Source of the DNA: a virus
Taxonomy: Duplodnaviria > Caudoviricetes
Reading direction: 5' to 3' (one strand)
DNA length: 52,289 bases
Virus record (IMG/VR): IMGVR_UViG_3300049846_000828
Span: 1-52,289 of that record
Each line of letters opens with the position of its first letter. The first letter of the stretch is position 1. The position numbers and the translations under genes were made by a program. The notes beneath the pieces are model-generated. The model was not told where the DNA came from and did not search any database. It saw only the letters and a program-made list of their open reading frames with translations. This document shows, piece after piece, positions 17,665 through 25,875 of this stretch.

Positions 17665-19370
17665 TGGCTGACGACAACGCCGTCGAACTCATCAAGCGCG
17701 GTGACGCCAGGTTCTCCAAGCGGCAGACCTTGGACAACTTGCGCCAAGAGATCGCTCTGAACTTCGCTCCCCACTTGGCTGAATGGACAACCCCGCTCCA
17801 ATGGGGTGAGGACTTCGCCTCGCACTTGGTCGACGGCACGCCGCTGTTGATGGCCCGCGATTTCATCGGGCAAATCGGCTCCATGCTGCGTCCCTCTGGC
17901 AAGCAGTGGTTCTGGCACCGGACCTCACACGATGAACTGAACAACGACCGCAATGTCAGGGAATACCTCGACTGGCGCTCGACCCAGATGATGCGCATCA
18001 TGTCCGATGCCGTCACGGGGTTCCATCGCGCCACCAAGAACGCAGACGAGTTCTTCGGGTTGTTCGGGGATGCCGTGCTTTCGGTCGACACCTCAGAGCT
18101 ACACGATAGCCTGCGGATTAGCTCGTTCCACACCAAGGATTGCGTTTGGGCAATCGGTCCCGAGAACAAGCCTGACGTCATCACCCGCCGTGAGATGATG
18201 GCGGCACGAAACATCAAATCCCGCTTCCGCCAGCAAGGCGACAAGGTGCACGAGAAGGTCACGGAAGCCTGCGCCAAAGACGGCGAAGTGACCTTCGAGA
18301 TACGGCACGAGGTCATTCCTGCCGACGAATACGACCCCTACATCCGCAAGGCGGGACGCTCTGCCCGCAAGGATGGCTGGGTTTCGGTTTGGGTCGACGT
18401 CAACAATCGCACGGTCATTCGTGAGACCTGGCAGCGGACATTCAAGTACGTCATCCCGCGCTGGATCACGCTTCCCGGCAATCCCTATGCCATCAGCCCG
18501 GCTGCAACGATCGCGCTTCCAGACGCTCGACTGATCCAACAGCAGGCCATCGCAATCCTCGAAGCGGCTGAGAAGCAGATCAACCCGCCGCTGATTGCAA
18601 CCTATGACACGATCCGCGGGGATGTGAGCCTTCGTGGTGGTGACATCACCTGGGTTGATCGTGACTATGACGTTCGCAACGGGGCTCCGCTGACCCCACT
18701 TGAGCTTGGCAAGAACTTCCAGCTTGGCGTTGACAGCCTACTACGCACGGAAGCCCAGATCACTAGGGCATTCTTCCTCGACGTGCTCCGCATGCCTGAC
18801 ACCCGCCGCACCAAGTCGACGGCTGAGGTTCAGTTCCAGATTGACGAGTATGTCCGCGCTGCGCTTCCGCTCTTTGCCCCCATGCAGGCTGAGTACAACG
18901 ATCCTCTGCTCTATGAGGTCGACGCTCAGATCGAAGGTGCCGGCGGCTACAACGGCATGGAGAAGCCGCAAGAGCTGAAGGATCAGGAGTTTGTATTCGG
19001 CTGGGACAACCCGCTGACTGAGATGCTGGAACGTCAGAAGGCGCAGAAGGCATCTGAACTTTCGATGCTTGGCCAGACATGGGCAGCGCTCGAGGCGGCT
19101 GCTGCTCAATCGCCTTCATTGCAGCAGGTCGACACGGCCAAGGGCTTCCGCGAGTCTGCGATTGCGGTTGGTGTCGCTGGCTGGCTCAAGTCGGAAGATG
19201 ATGCTGCTGAATCTCAGAAGCAGGGCCAGCAAGCCATTGCCATGAACCAGATGGTAGGTGCCGCTCCGAACATCGCGCAGTTGATCGATAGCGGCGTCAA
19301 CGCGGCTCAGGTTACAGGTGAGATTTCACAGATGGCTGAGCCTGGTTATCCGGTGCTTCCCGGCGCATGA
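17664..19370 (+). CDS. Portal (head-to-tail connector, T7 gp8-like)
   Basis: 568 aa with GSMLRPSGKQWF, YVIPRW..LPGNPYAISP, ITRAFFLD and STAEV. Confidence 0.9.
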   Translation: MADDNAVELIKRGDARFSKRQTLDNLRQEIALNFAPHLAEWTTPLQWGEDFASHLVDGTPLLMARDFIGQIGSMLRPSGKQWFWHRTSHDELNNDRNVREYLDWRSTQMMRIMSDAVTGFHRATKNADEFFGLFGDAVLSVDTSELHDSLRISSFHTKDCVWAIGPENKPDVITRREMMAARNIKSRFRQQGDKVHEKVTEACAKDGEVTFEIRHEVIPADEYDPYIRKAGRSARKDGWVSVWVDVNNRTVIRETWQRTFKYVIPRWITLPGNPYAISPAATIALPDARLIQQQAIAILEAAEKQINPPLIATYDTIRGDVSLRGGDITWVDRDYDVRNGAPLTPLELGKNFQLGVDSLLRTEAQITRAFFLDVLRMPDTRRTKSTAEVQFQIDEYVRAALPLFAPMQAEYNDPLLYEVDAQIEGAGGYNGMEKPQELKDQEFVFGWDNPLTEMLERQKAQKASELSMLGQTWAALEAAAAQSPSLQQVDTAKGFRESAIAVGVAGWLKSEDDAAESQKQGQQAIAMNQMVGAAPNIAQLIDSGVNAAQVTGEISQMAEPGYPVLPGA

Positions 19371-19735
19371 CACAGACGTACCCCTGGACGAAAGAGGAAG
19401 TTCAGTCCGTCAAGGCAGCATGGGCCTCTGACGCTGGCCGCGTTGCCCTCACGATCATTGTTGAACGGCTCGCCAACATCCACGGCGCGTCATTCAGTAA
19501 CAACCCACTCGAAATGGCATTCAACGAAGGTGCCCGCTTCATCGGCCGCGAGCTGATGGCGGCGATCAATCAGCCTGTCGAGAAAATCGTAAAGGAACCT
19601 GATGAGCCTCATAGCAGAACCCGCGTCCCCACCGGCACAGAGCGCGCCGAGCGCACCGCAGCCGAACGTGCAGCAGGCACCAGCGCCATCGGCGCCGCAA
19701 GCAAACGGCTCGCCCGCGCCCGCGCAGGGCTCTGA
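19367..19735 (+). CDS. Bbp19-like post-portal protein
   Basis: SDAGRVAL...MAFNEGARFIG motif. Confidence 0.7.
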   Translation: MTQTYPWTKEEVQSVKAAWASDAGRVALTIIVERLANIHGASFSNNPLEMAFNEGARFIGRELMAAINQPVEKIVKEPDEPHSRTRVPTGTERAERTAAERAAGTSAIGAASKRLARARAGL

Positions 19736-20645
19736 CCCTAAGCCACCCGCCACACCGACAACGCCCCCGACCATGGGGCACAATGGCGGGCCTGAGTGGA
19801 ATTGGCGTGCTGATATGGCAGGCGAAGACGCCAAGGCGCTCGAAACCTTGGCACGCTACCAGACGCCGAAAGACTTCTTCAAAGCGCACGCAGAGCTTCG
19901 TGGCAAGCTGTCTGAGCGTCAAGCTCCCGCCCGTTTGGCCGATGACGCCACGCCGGAGCAGGTCGCCGCCTATCGCAAGGATCTCGGCCTCCCTGACATC
20001 GGCAAGGACGCTAAAGGCGAAGACTTCTTGAAGGCGTACAAGATCGAAGCGCCGAAGGACTACCAGCTTTCCAACGTCGAGCGCGGCATGCTCGAAGACT
20101 ACGCCAAGTCGGCCTATGCCGCGGGGCATTCACCAAGGGAAGTCAAGGCTTCGGTCGACTTCTTCTTCAAGCAGCAGGCAGCCAACGCCCAAGCGATCAA
20201 CAAGATCGCCGTCGACAAGCAGAAGGAATGGCAGAACAAGCTCCGCGACGAACTCGGTTCGAAGGAATACGACGCGCAGCAGGCTGCTGCGATGGCCTGG
20301 ATGCAGGAGCAGTTCAAGGACCAGCCCGAAGAACTCGGCAACATCCTGCATGCCCAGCTTCCCGGTGGCGGCAAGGTTGGCGATCATCCGTGGCTGTTCA
20401 AGCTCATCACGAAGGCTGCGATGGGCGACGGATACACCGATCGCATCGAGGCCAATGGCTTTGAGGCCAACGGCAAGAGCCTTGAGGATCAGCAGCGTGA
20501 GATTGAATCTCTGCGCCGCACGGATTCCCGCAAGTACAACGACCCGGCTGTTCAGGCCAAGTTGGACAAGATCATCGAACTGCGCATCAAGCGCGGCGAG
20601 ATCGACGAATACGGCAACCCGCTGCAGCAGCGGCGGTCTGCCTAG
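19602..20645 (+). CDS. Capsid scaffolding protein
   Basis: Pro/Ala-rich N-terminus and helical body, located between portal and capsid. Confidence 0.8.
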   Translation: MSLIAEPASPPAQSAPSAPQPNVQQAPAPSAPQANGSPAPAQGSDPKPPATPTTPPTMGHNGGPEWNWRADMAGEDAKALETLARYQTPKDFFKAHAELRGKLSERQAPARLADDATPEQVAAYRKDLGLPDIGKDAKGEDFLKAYKIEAPKDYQLSNVERGMLEDYAKSAYAAGHSPREVKASVDFFFKQQAANAQAINKIAVDKQKEWQNKLRDELGSKEYDAQQAAAMAWMQEQFKDQPEELGNILHAQLPGGGKVGDHPWLFKLITKAAMGDGYTDRIEANGFEANGKSLEDQQREIESLRRTDSRKYNDPAVQAKLDKIIELRIKRGEIDEYGNPLQQRRSA

Positions 20646-20824
20646 AGTAACGGCGGGCACCCCGGCTAGGCCGGCCCCGCCCTGCCTTGCGTAAAAGCCG
20701 ACAGCTTCGCCCCGTCTTGGAGCGCTCGACCCCGTGTTGAGCGGACACCTCGCTGCGCTCCATGCAGATGGACACCCGACGCCGATGGCACCCCGGAGAA
20801 AGGACCACTTAACAGGAGGCCACC

Positions 20825-21664
20825 ATGGCTCTCGGTGAATTTGTCAAATATCGAAGCGAGTTCGTCGACGGTTTCGCGCAGACCCAATCATTGCTGATGG
20901 ATCGCTGCGTCGAGGAATCGATGACTCAAGGCGGTTCGGTCGTGTTCGACATCGCTGATCTGTCCGGTGAACTGCCGGAACGCGGCGTTGACGGTCGTCT
21001 TGCCCGTCTCTCTGCCAACGACTCTCAGGTGACCGCCGTTCTCAAGGAATACGGTGGCCGCTTCGAGATCTCGGACTTCGAGAAGTTCAAGTCGCAGTCC
21101 GATGAGCGCTCCAAGATGAACAAGCGCATCTATGCGCGCGCAAATCGCCGCATGGATCGCGTCTACATCGCGGAACTCAACAACGCCTCGACGACGTGGA
21201 ACTCGGGCACGGCCATCACGGTCGACATCGCCACGATCCAGAAGATCATCGCGACGCTCGGCCAGGGCCAGGTTCCCATCAATCCGAACGACGTGACGTG
21301 GGTCGTTACCCCGCAGTTCTACGGCAAGCTGATGGGCCTCAACCAGTTCACCTCGGCTGACTGGATCAACTCGAAGCCGTTCGTCGGTGGCGCCGGCCAC
21401 TACGACAACACGCGCAAGATCAAGTCTTGGGCGGATGTCGGCTGGGTCTCGTCTCCGCTGCTGCCGGGTGTCGGCACCGCAACCGCAACGACGTTCATCT
21501 ACCACCGCAACGCCCTTGGCTGCGCGGCTCCGTCGAGCGCGATGATGTACACCGCGGGCTTCGACGACAAGGATCACCTGCACTACGCGGCAGGGACGAT
21601 CAAAGCCGCCGTGAAGATTCTTCAGCAGGGCGGAATCATCAAGGTCGTTACCAACGATTCCTGA
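20825..21664 (+). CDS. Major capsid protein
   Basis: Strong AGGAGG RBS and biased codons, after the scaffold. ANRRMDRVYI, TWVVTPQFYGKL and FIYHRNALG motifs. Confidence 0.88.
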   Translation: MALGEFVKYRSEFVDGFAQTQSLLMDRCVEESMTQGGSVVFDIADLSGELPERGVDGRLARLSANDSQVTAVLKEYGGRFEISDFEKFKSQSDERSKMNKRIYARANRRMDRVYIAELNNASTTWNSGTAITVDIATIQKIIATLGQGQVPINPNDVTWVVTPQFYGKLMGLNQFTSADWINSKPFVGGAGHYDNTRKIKSWADVGWVSSPLLPGVGTATATTFIYHRNALGCAAPSSAMMYTAGFDDKDHLHYAAGTIKAAVKILQQGGIIKVVTNDS

Positions 21665-21694
21665 TTACCCTGAACCTCTAAGGAGACTTTCAAC

Positions 21695-22006
21695 ATGCCT
21701 TATGCATCTGCTGGACTACGCTCTGCCGTTAATGGGGCGGTCAACATCTGGGTGCTCGATACCGTCGACAGCGTTGCGACGGCAACGGGCGCTGGCTACG
21801 TGAGCGACGGCACGTCGTCGTCGAACAACAGCACGCCTGGCCGTGGCATGCAGGTTGGTGACGCGGTTCTCATCCGCGTCGTCGGCGCTCTGACTGCCAA
21901 TGGCTTTCCGCCTGCCACCTGTACCGATCAGGCGTGGGCTTACGTCAGTACGGCAACGCTCACTACGGGCGCCTGTACGCTGACGCTCACCCATACCAAC
22001 GCTTAA
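21695..22006 (+). CDS. Putative capsid decoration protein
   Basis: AAGGAG RBS, directly after the capsid gene, Thr/Gly-rich. Confidence 0.65.
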   Translation: MPYASAGLRSAVNGAVNIWVLDTVDSVATATGAGYVSDGTSSSNNSTPGRGMQVGDAVLIRVVGALTANGFPPATCTDQAWAYVSTATLTTGACTLTLTHTNA

Positions 22007-22012
22007 CGGCAC

Positions 22013-22043
22013 GGCCGGGGCGATCATTCCGGTTGCCCCGGCC
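22013..22043 (+). terminator. GC-rich hairpin after the capsid genes
   Basis: GGCCGGGGCGATC...GGTTGCCCCGGCC stem with no U tract. Confidence 0.45.
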
Positions 22044-22062
22044 AACCCCACAAGGAGAACTC

Positions 22063-22509
22063 ATGCCGCCTGTCTGCAATATGCACCAGCTCGTCGAGCG
22101 CCACACCCGCTGCATCAACTTCCTTCACGAAGTGCCGCACGGCGTCACGTTCGATCAGGTTCGCGAAAATGCCTATTGGGCCAATGCCTGGAAGCGCTTC
22201 CAAGGCAAGGAGATGTCGACCGTCGACTTCATTGCAGAAGACGGCTCTTGGGAAGCTCAGGTTCGCATTGTCCGTGTGACGGAAGGCAAGGTCGAGTTCC
22301 GAGTTCTTCACGAATGGAAGGAAGAGGCCGCGATTTCCGAAGTGCCGAAAGGCTACCGCGTCGAGTTCATCTCTGAAAATGGATGGCGCGCATTCGACCC
22401 GAACAATGCGCTGGTCATCGACAAGCAGGCCCAACGCAATTGGGCGCTCGAAGCTGCCTTGGATCATGCGACAGCCGCGGCGCCAAAGCGCCAGAAGTCT
22501 GCCGCCTAA
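22063..22509 (+). CDS. Hypothetical protein
   Basis: AAGGAG RBS before MPPVCNM. Confidence 0.7.
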   Translation: MPPVCNMHQLVERHTRCINFLHEVPHGVTFDQVRENAYWANAWKRFQGKEMSTVDFIAEDGSWEAQVRIVRVTEGKVEFRVLHEWKEEAAISEVPKGYRVEFISENGWRAFDPNNALVIDKQAQRNWALEAALDHATAAAPKRQKSAA

Positions 22510-22524
22510 AGGAACGTCCCCGAC

Positions 22525-24555
22525 ATGGTCGACACCGCCGAATACACTGGCAGTTCGCTTCGTGCGTTCTATCCCGATCGCACCGAGCGCAGAACCGCGC
22601 GTGTGTGGGCCAACGAAGCCCTGTTGCATGACATGGCCGCGGCGTTCGGCTTCGAGTTCTTCGAGGGCGCCGGGACGAACCCCACGGGGCTGTCAGGCTA
22701 TTCGGCAACCAAGCTGTGGCTTCGCGTGTCGGCTGGTGTCACGACGACGCCCGGTGAAATCCGCAAATACGACGGCAGCGGTGATGCGACGCTTCTAGCG
22801 TCTTGGCCCGTCATGACCAAGGCGGCGTTTGCCGCCTACATCAGTGCAGGCGGCGACAACGGCATTCCAGTTGTCACGTCACGGGCGGCTCTGAAAGCGC
22901 TCGACACCGTGACGGTCAAGACGGCCCATCTGCGGCTCGGTATCGAGTCCGGCACCTATCAGTGGTGGGCTGGCGATTACTCCACGATTGTCGCGCTCGA
23001 CACCATCGGCGGCTATGCCATGAAGGCGGATGCCGTGGCGACCACTTCGGGAGCCTGGCTGCGTGTGGTGGATGGTGACCGGCTCAACGCGCTGTGGTTC
23101 GGCGTCGATAGGACTGGTGGCAGCGCGACACATGCAGCGGCACAGGTCGCCATCAACGTGGCGGCTGAGGCGGGATATCTCTGCTCGTTTCCGCCGGGCA
23201 TCTATCAATTTACGTCCGTCCTGACGTGGCCGGAAGCCTCTCACATTGTCGGAAGCGGCAAGGCAGCGGGTATCTACTCTGCGGATTACACGTACTTCTG
23301 GGCGAACCATTCCGGCGCGTGCCTGACGAACAACAACAACTCCGGGTCACGATCGATCTCTGGCGTGAACTTCTACCGCACTCAGCCGACGCCAACGGGT
23401 GGCTGGGTGCCAACGACCTATGGCTTTGAGATCGATATCGTTGGTGGGCAGGACATCACGATTGAGGATGTCCATCTGCACAATGTCTCGAAGGGTATTC
23501 GCGCGATCGGAACCGGAACGACAGTCAACGGCCGGATCTTCATCGAGAACGTGACTGGTCAGCCGCTGATGTCCGGTATCGACCTAACGCACTGCCTAGA
23601 TGTCGTGTGGATTGACGAAGTGCATTGGTGGGTCTTCTGGTCCAACAATGCCAACGTGCTGAGCTACATGCGGCAAAACGCCGTTGCAATGACCTTGGGC
23701 CGTGTAGACAATCCAGAGTTTGGACGCTTCTTCTGTTACTCCTATTTCCGTGGACTGCTCATCAATCAGCAGGGCACGTCTGGTTCGCTCCCAACCGGCA
23801 CTGTATCGCTTGCGACGTTCGACAGCTTCGGCGCTGACAATTGCGGCTCTGCCTGCATCGTCAACAGCGGAACCAATAGCGTTGATCTGCGCTTTGGCCG
23901 GTTCTACGGCGCGTCGAATTTGTCGGACCCAGCCGTCACCAACGAATCGTTCTTGTGGACGCTCGGCAACAACGCGACGATCTCTATCGGAGATATGTAC
24001 GTCCAATACGGCAACGTGTCGGCCGTGGCGATCAACGGCACGGGCAACAGGGTTACCATCTCACATTATGCTTCGTTGGGGATGGATTACGACGCCAATG
24101 GTACGGCTGAGTTCGACTCATCGAGCGGCAACACACTCACGCTTTTGAGCAGCCCAAAGACGAGCGCAACGAACAAGTACACGGGTGCCGGCATCATTGA
24201 GACGCCGGACTGGCGAGCTTACACGCCAACCGTCACGGCAGGGACTGGTTCATTCACAACCGTCTCTGCAACCGGGAAATACCGTCGCCTTCCCGGCAAG
24301 TCGGTCAATGCCATGTTTCATATCACGATCACGACCAATGGAACGGCTGCAAGCTTCGTCAAAGTAACATTGCCATTCACCAATGGATCGACGTGGCACT
24401 TTGGGGCAAGCCGAGAGATTGCGGCGACTGGAACCATGTGCACCGCAAGCGTTGCTCCGTCCGTCGCGGCTGCTGACATCGTCACATATAACAACGTCTA
24501 CCCAGGTGGCACGGGAACGCAGATCATCGGCCAAGTCGAATACGAGGCTGCGTGA
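22525..24555 (+). CDS. Tailspike/receptor-binding protein with beta-helix (pectate lyase-like) domain
   Basis: LNALWFGV...AAAQVAIN...FPPGIY beta-helix entry motif, Asn/Gly-rich coils, and a C-terminal WRAYTPTVT...TLPF head domain. Confidence 0.8.
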   Translation: MVDTAEYTGSSLRAFYPDRTERRTARVWANEALLHDMAAAFGFEFFEGAGTNPTGLSGYSATKLWLRVSAGVTTTPGEIRKYDGSGDATLLASWPVMTKAAFAAYISAGGDNGIPVVTSRAALKALDTVTVKTAHLRLGIESGTYQWWAGDYSTIVALDTIGGYAMKADAVATTSGAWLRVVDGDRLNALWFGVDRTGGSATHAAAQVAINVAAEAGYLCSFPPGIYQFTSVLTWPEASHIVGSGKAAGIYSADYTYFWANHSGACLTNNNNSGSRSISGVNFYRTQPTPTGGWVPTTYGFEIDIVGGQDITIEDVHLHNVSKGIRAIGTGTTVNGRIFIENVTGQPLMSGIDLTHCLDVVWIDEVHWWVFWSNNANVLSYMRQNAVAMTLGRVDNPEFGRFFCYSYFRGLLINQQGTSGSLPTGTVSLATFDSFGADNCGSACIVNSGTNSVDLRFGRFYGASNLSDPAVTNESFLWTLGNNATISIGDMYVQYGNVSAVAINGTGNRVTISHYASLGMDYDANGTAEFDSSSGNTLTLLSSPKTSATNKYTGAGIIETPDWRAYTPTVTAGTGSFTTVSATGKYRRLPGKSVNAMFHITITTNGTAASFVKVTLPFTNGSTWHFGASREIAATGTMCTASVAPSVAAADIVTYNNVYPGGTGTQIIGQVEYEAA

Positions 24556-24585
24556 TGGGTCATCTAGCAGGGAAAGCAGCCTGAC

Positions 24586-25875
24586 ATGGCAGCGACGACC
24601 AAGCTGATCGTCTTCAATGAAGTCTTGCGGGAACTCGCCGCGGCGCCCATTGCGGATCTGGTCACGGCCAACACCCGTCTTTACGAACTCAATGCGGCGT
24701 TCGACCATGCCGTCGAATGGGTGTTGAGCAAGGCCGACTGGTCGTTTGCGCGCCGCCGTGCCGCTCTGACGGGCGTATCTGACACCAGCTTCCAGCCCTA
24801 TACCTATCGCTATGCCAAGCCGTCAGATTTCCTTCGGAAGTGCTGGATTAAGGTGGCTGCTGTCGATCCCTTCCAGATCGATCATGCCGAAGTCGCTGCG
24901 GTCTTCTATGGATACGAGACGACAGCATTGATCGAGTACGTCTCGGACCACGCCGACAACTACAACCCCGCCAACTGGCCTCCGCATTTCACCCGCTCCG
25001 TGGTGCTATACTTGGCAAAGGTGACGGCACCCCGCATTGCCCGCGCTGGCGCTGACGATATCGGCCGCTTTGAGGCACAGTTCCAATCGGCGCTGAGCGA
25101 AGCCGAAGCCTTCGAGACGGCGTTCCTGACGAATGCCCAGATTGCATCGAACCGCCTGCCTGTCATGCGCCGGGCCATCGAGTTCCTTAGCCAGTCGTTG
25201 GCTGGCTCCGTTCCGGTTCACTCACAAGCCGACAAACTGCGCTGGCAGATGAACTTGGCCTGGGACCATTGCGTCAAGTACGTGCTTGAGCAAGCCGCAT
25301 GGAACTTTGCCGCCCGCCGCGTGATCCTGACGGGTGGCGGTGAAGCCATCCCCGGCGACGTCGATAGCGATCTGATCGAGGGCTTCTCGCTGGCGCCGGC
25401 CGCTGCCGAAGTCGACAGCACGCTCCCTGCGATCTCCGAGTTCGACTTTGGCTATCTCTTGCCGTCTGATTTCCTGCACAAGATCTGGATCAAGACCGAC
25501 GCCAACAACGACTACGAGACACCGCACCAGTTCCTTCGTGATGGGATTTATACGAAGGTTCAGCCGGTCGTCATGGAATACGTCTCGCTCGATGACGACT
25601 CGACCAATCCAGCCAACTGGACGGCTGGGTTCGTTGAAGTCGTGGCGGCCTATCTGGCGCTGACCGTCGCGCCTGAACTGGTCATCGAGGACAACGGCAA
25701 GCGCGCCAAGGTGGCGCCAACGCAGATGCGCGGGTCGCTCGACATGATCTTCCGGCAGAAGCTCGGAGACGCCAAGCTCCGTGATGCCATTCAGCAGTAT
25801 CCCAAGCGGCCACCACCGGGCCGGTTCGTGCAGGCGCGTCAAGGCGGAACTTCAGGCTTCAGGCGCTATAACTGA
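24586..25875 (+). CDS. Tail adaptor (T7 gp11/tubular A-like), internally duplicated
   Basis: Two copies of VL...W(S/N)FA.RR..L...Y..PSDFL...EYVS...NPANW...F...YLA...AP. Confidence 0.8.
   Translation: MAATTKLIVFNEVLRELAAAPIADLVTANTRLYELNAAFDHAVEWVLSKADWSFARRRAALTGVSDTSFQPYTYRYAKPSDFLRKCWIKVAAVDPFQIDHAEVAAVFYGYETTALIEYVSDHADNYNPANWPPHFTRSVVLYLAKVTAPRIARAGADDIGRFEAQFQSALSEAEAFETAFLTNAQIASNRLPVMRRAIEFLSQSLAGSVPVHSQADKLRWQMNLAWDHCVKYVLEQAAWNFAARRVILTGGGEAIPGDVDSDLIEGFSLAPAAAEVDSTLPAISEFDFGYLLPSDFLHKIWIKTDANNDYETPHQFLRDGIYTKVQPVVMEYVSLDDDSTNPANWTAGFVEVVAAYLALTVAPELVIEDNGKRAKVAPTQMRGSLDMIFRQKLGDAKLRDAIQQYPKRPPPGRFVQARQGGTSGFRRYN

Noticed and set aside
22525-24555. Diversity-generating retroelement target, as in BPP-1-like phages
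   Set aside because: No reverse transcriptase gene and no TR/VR repeat pair were seen.
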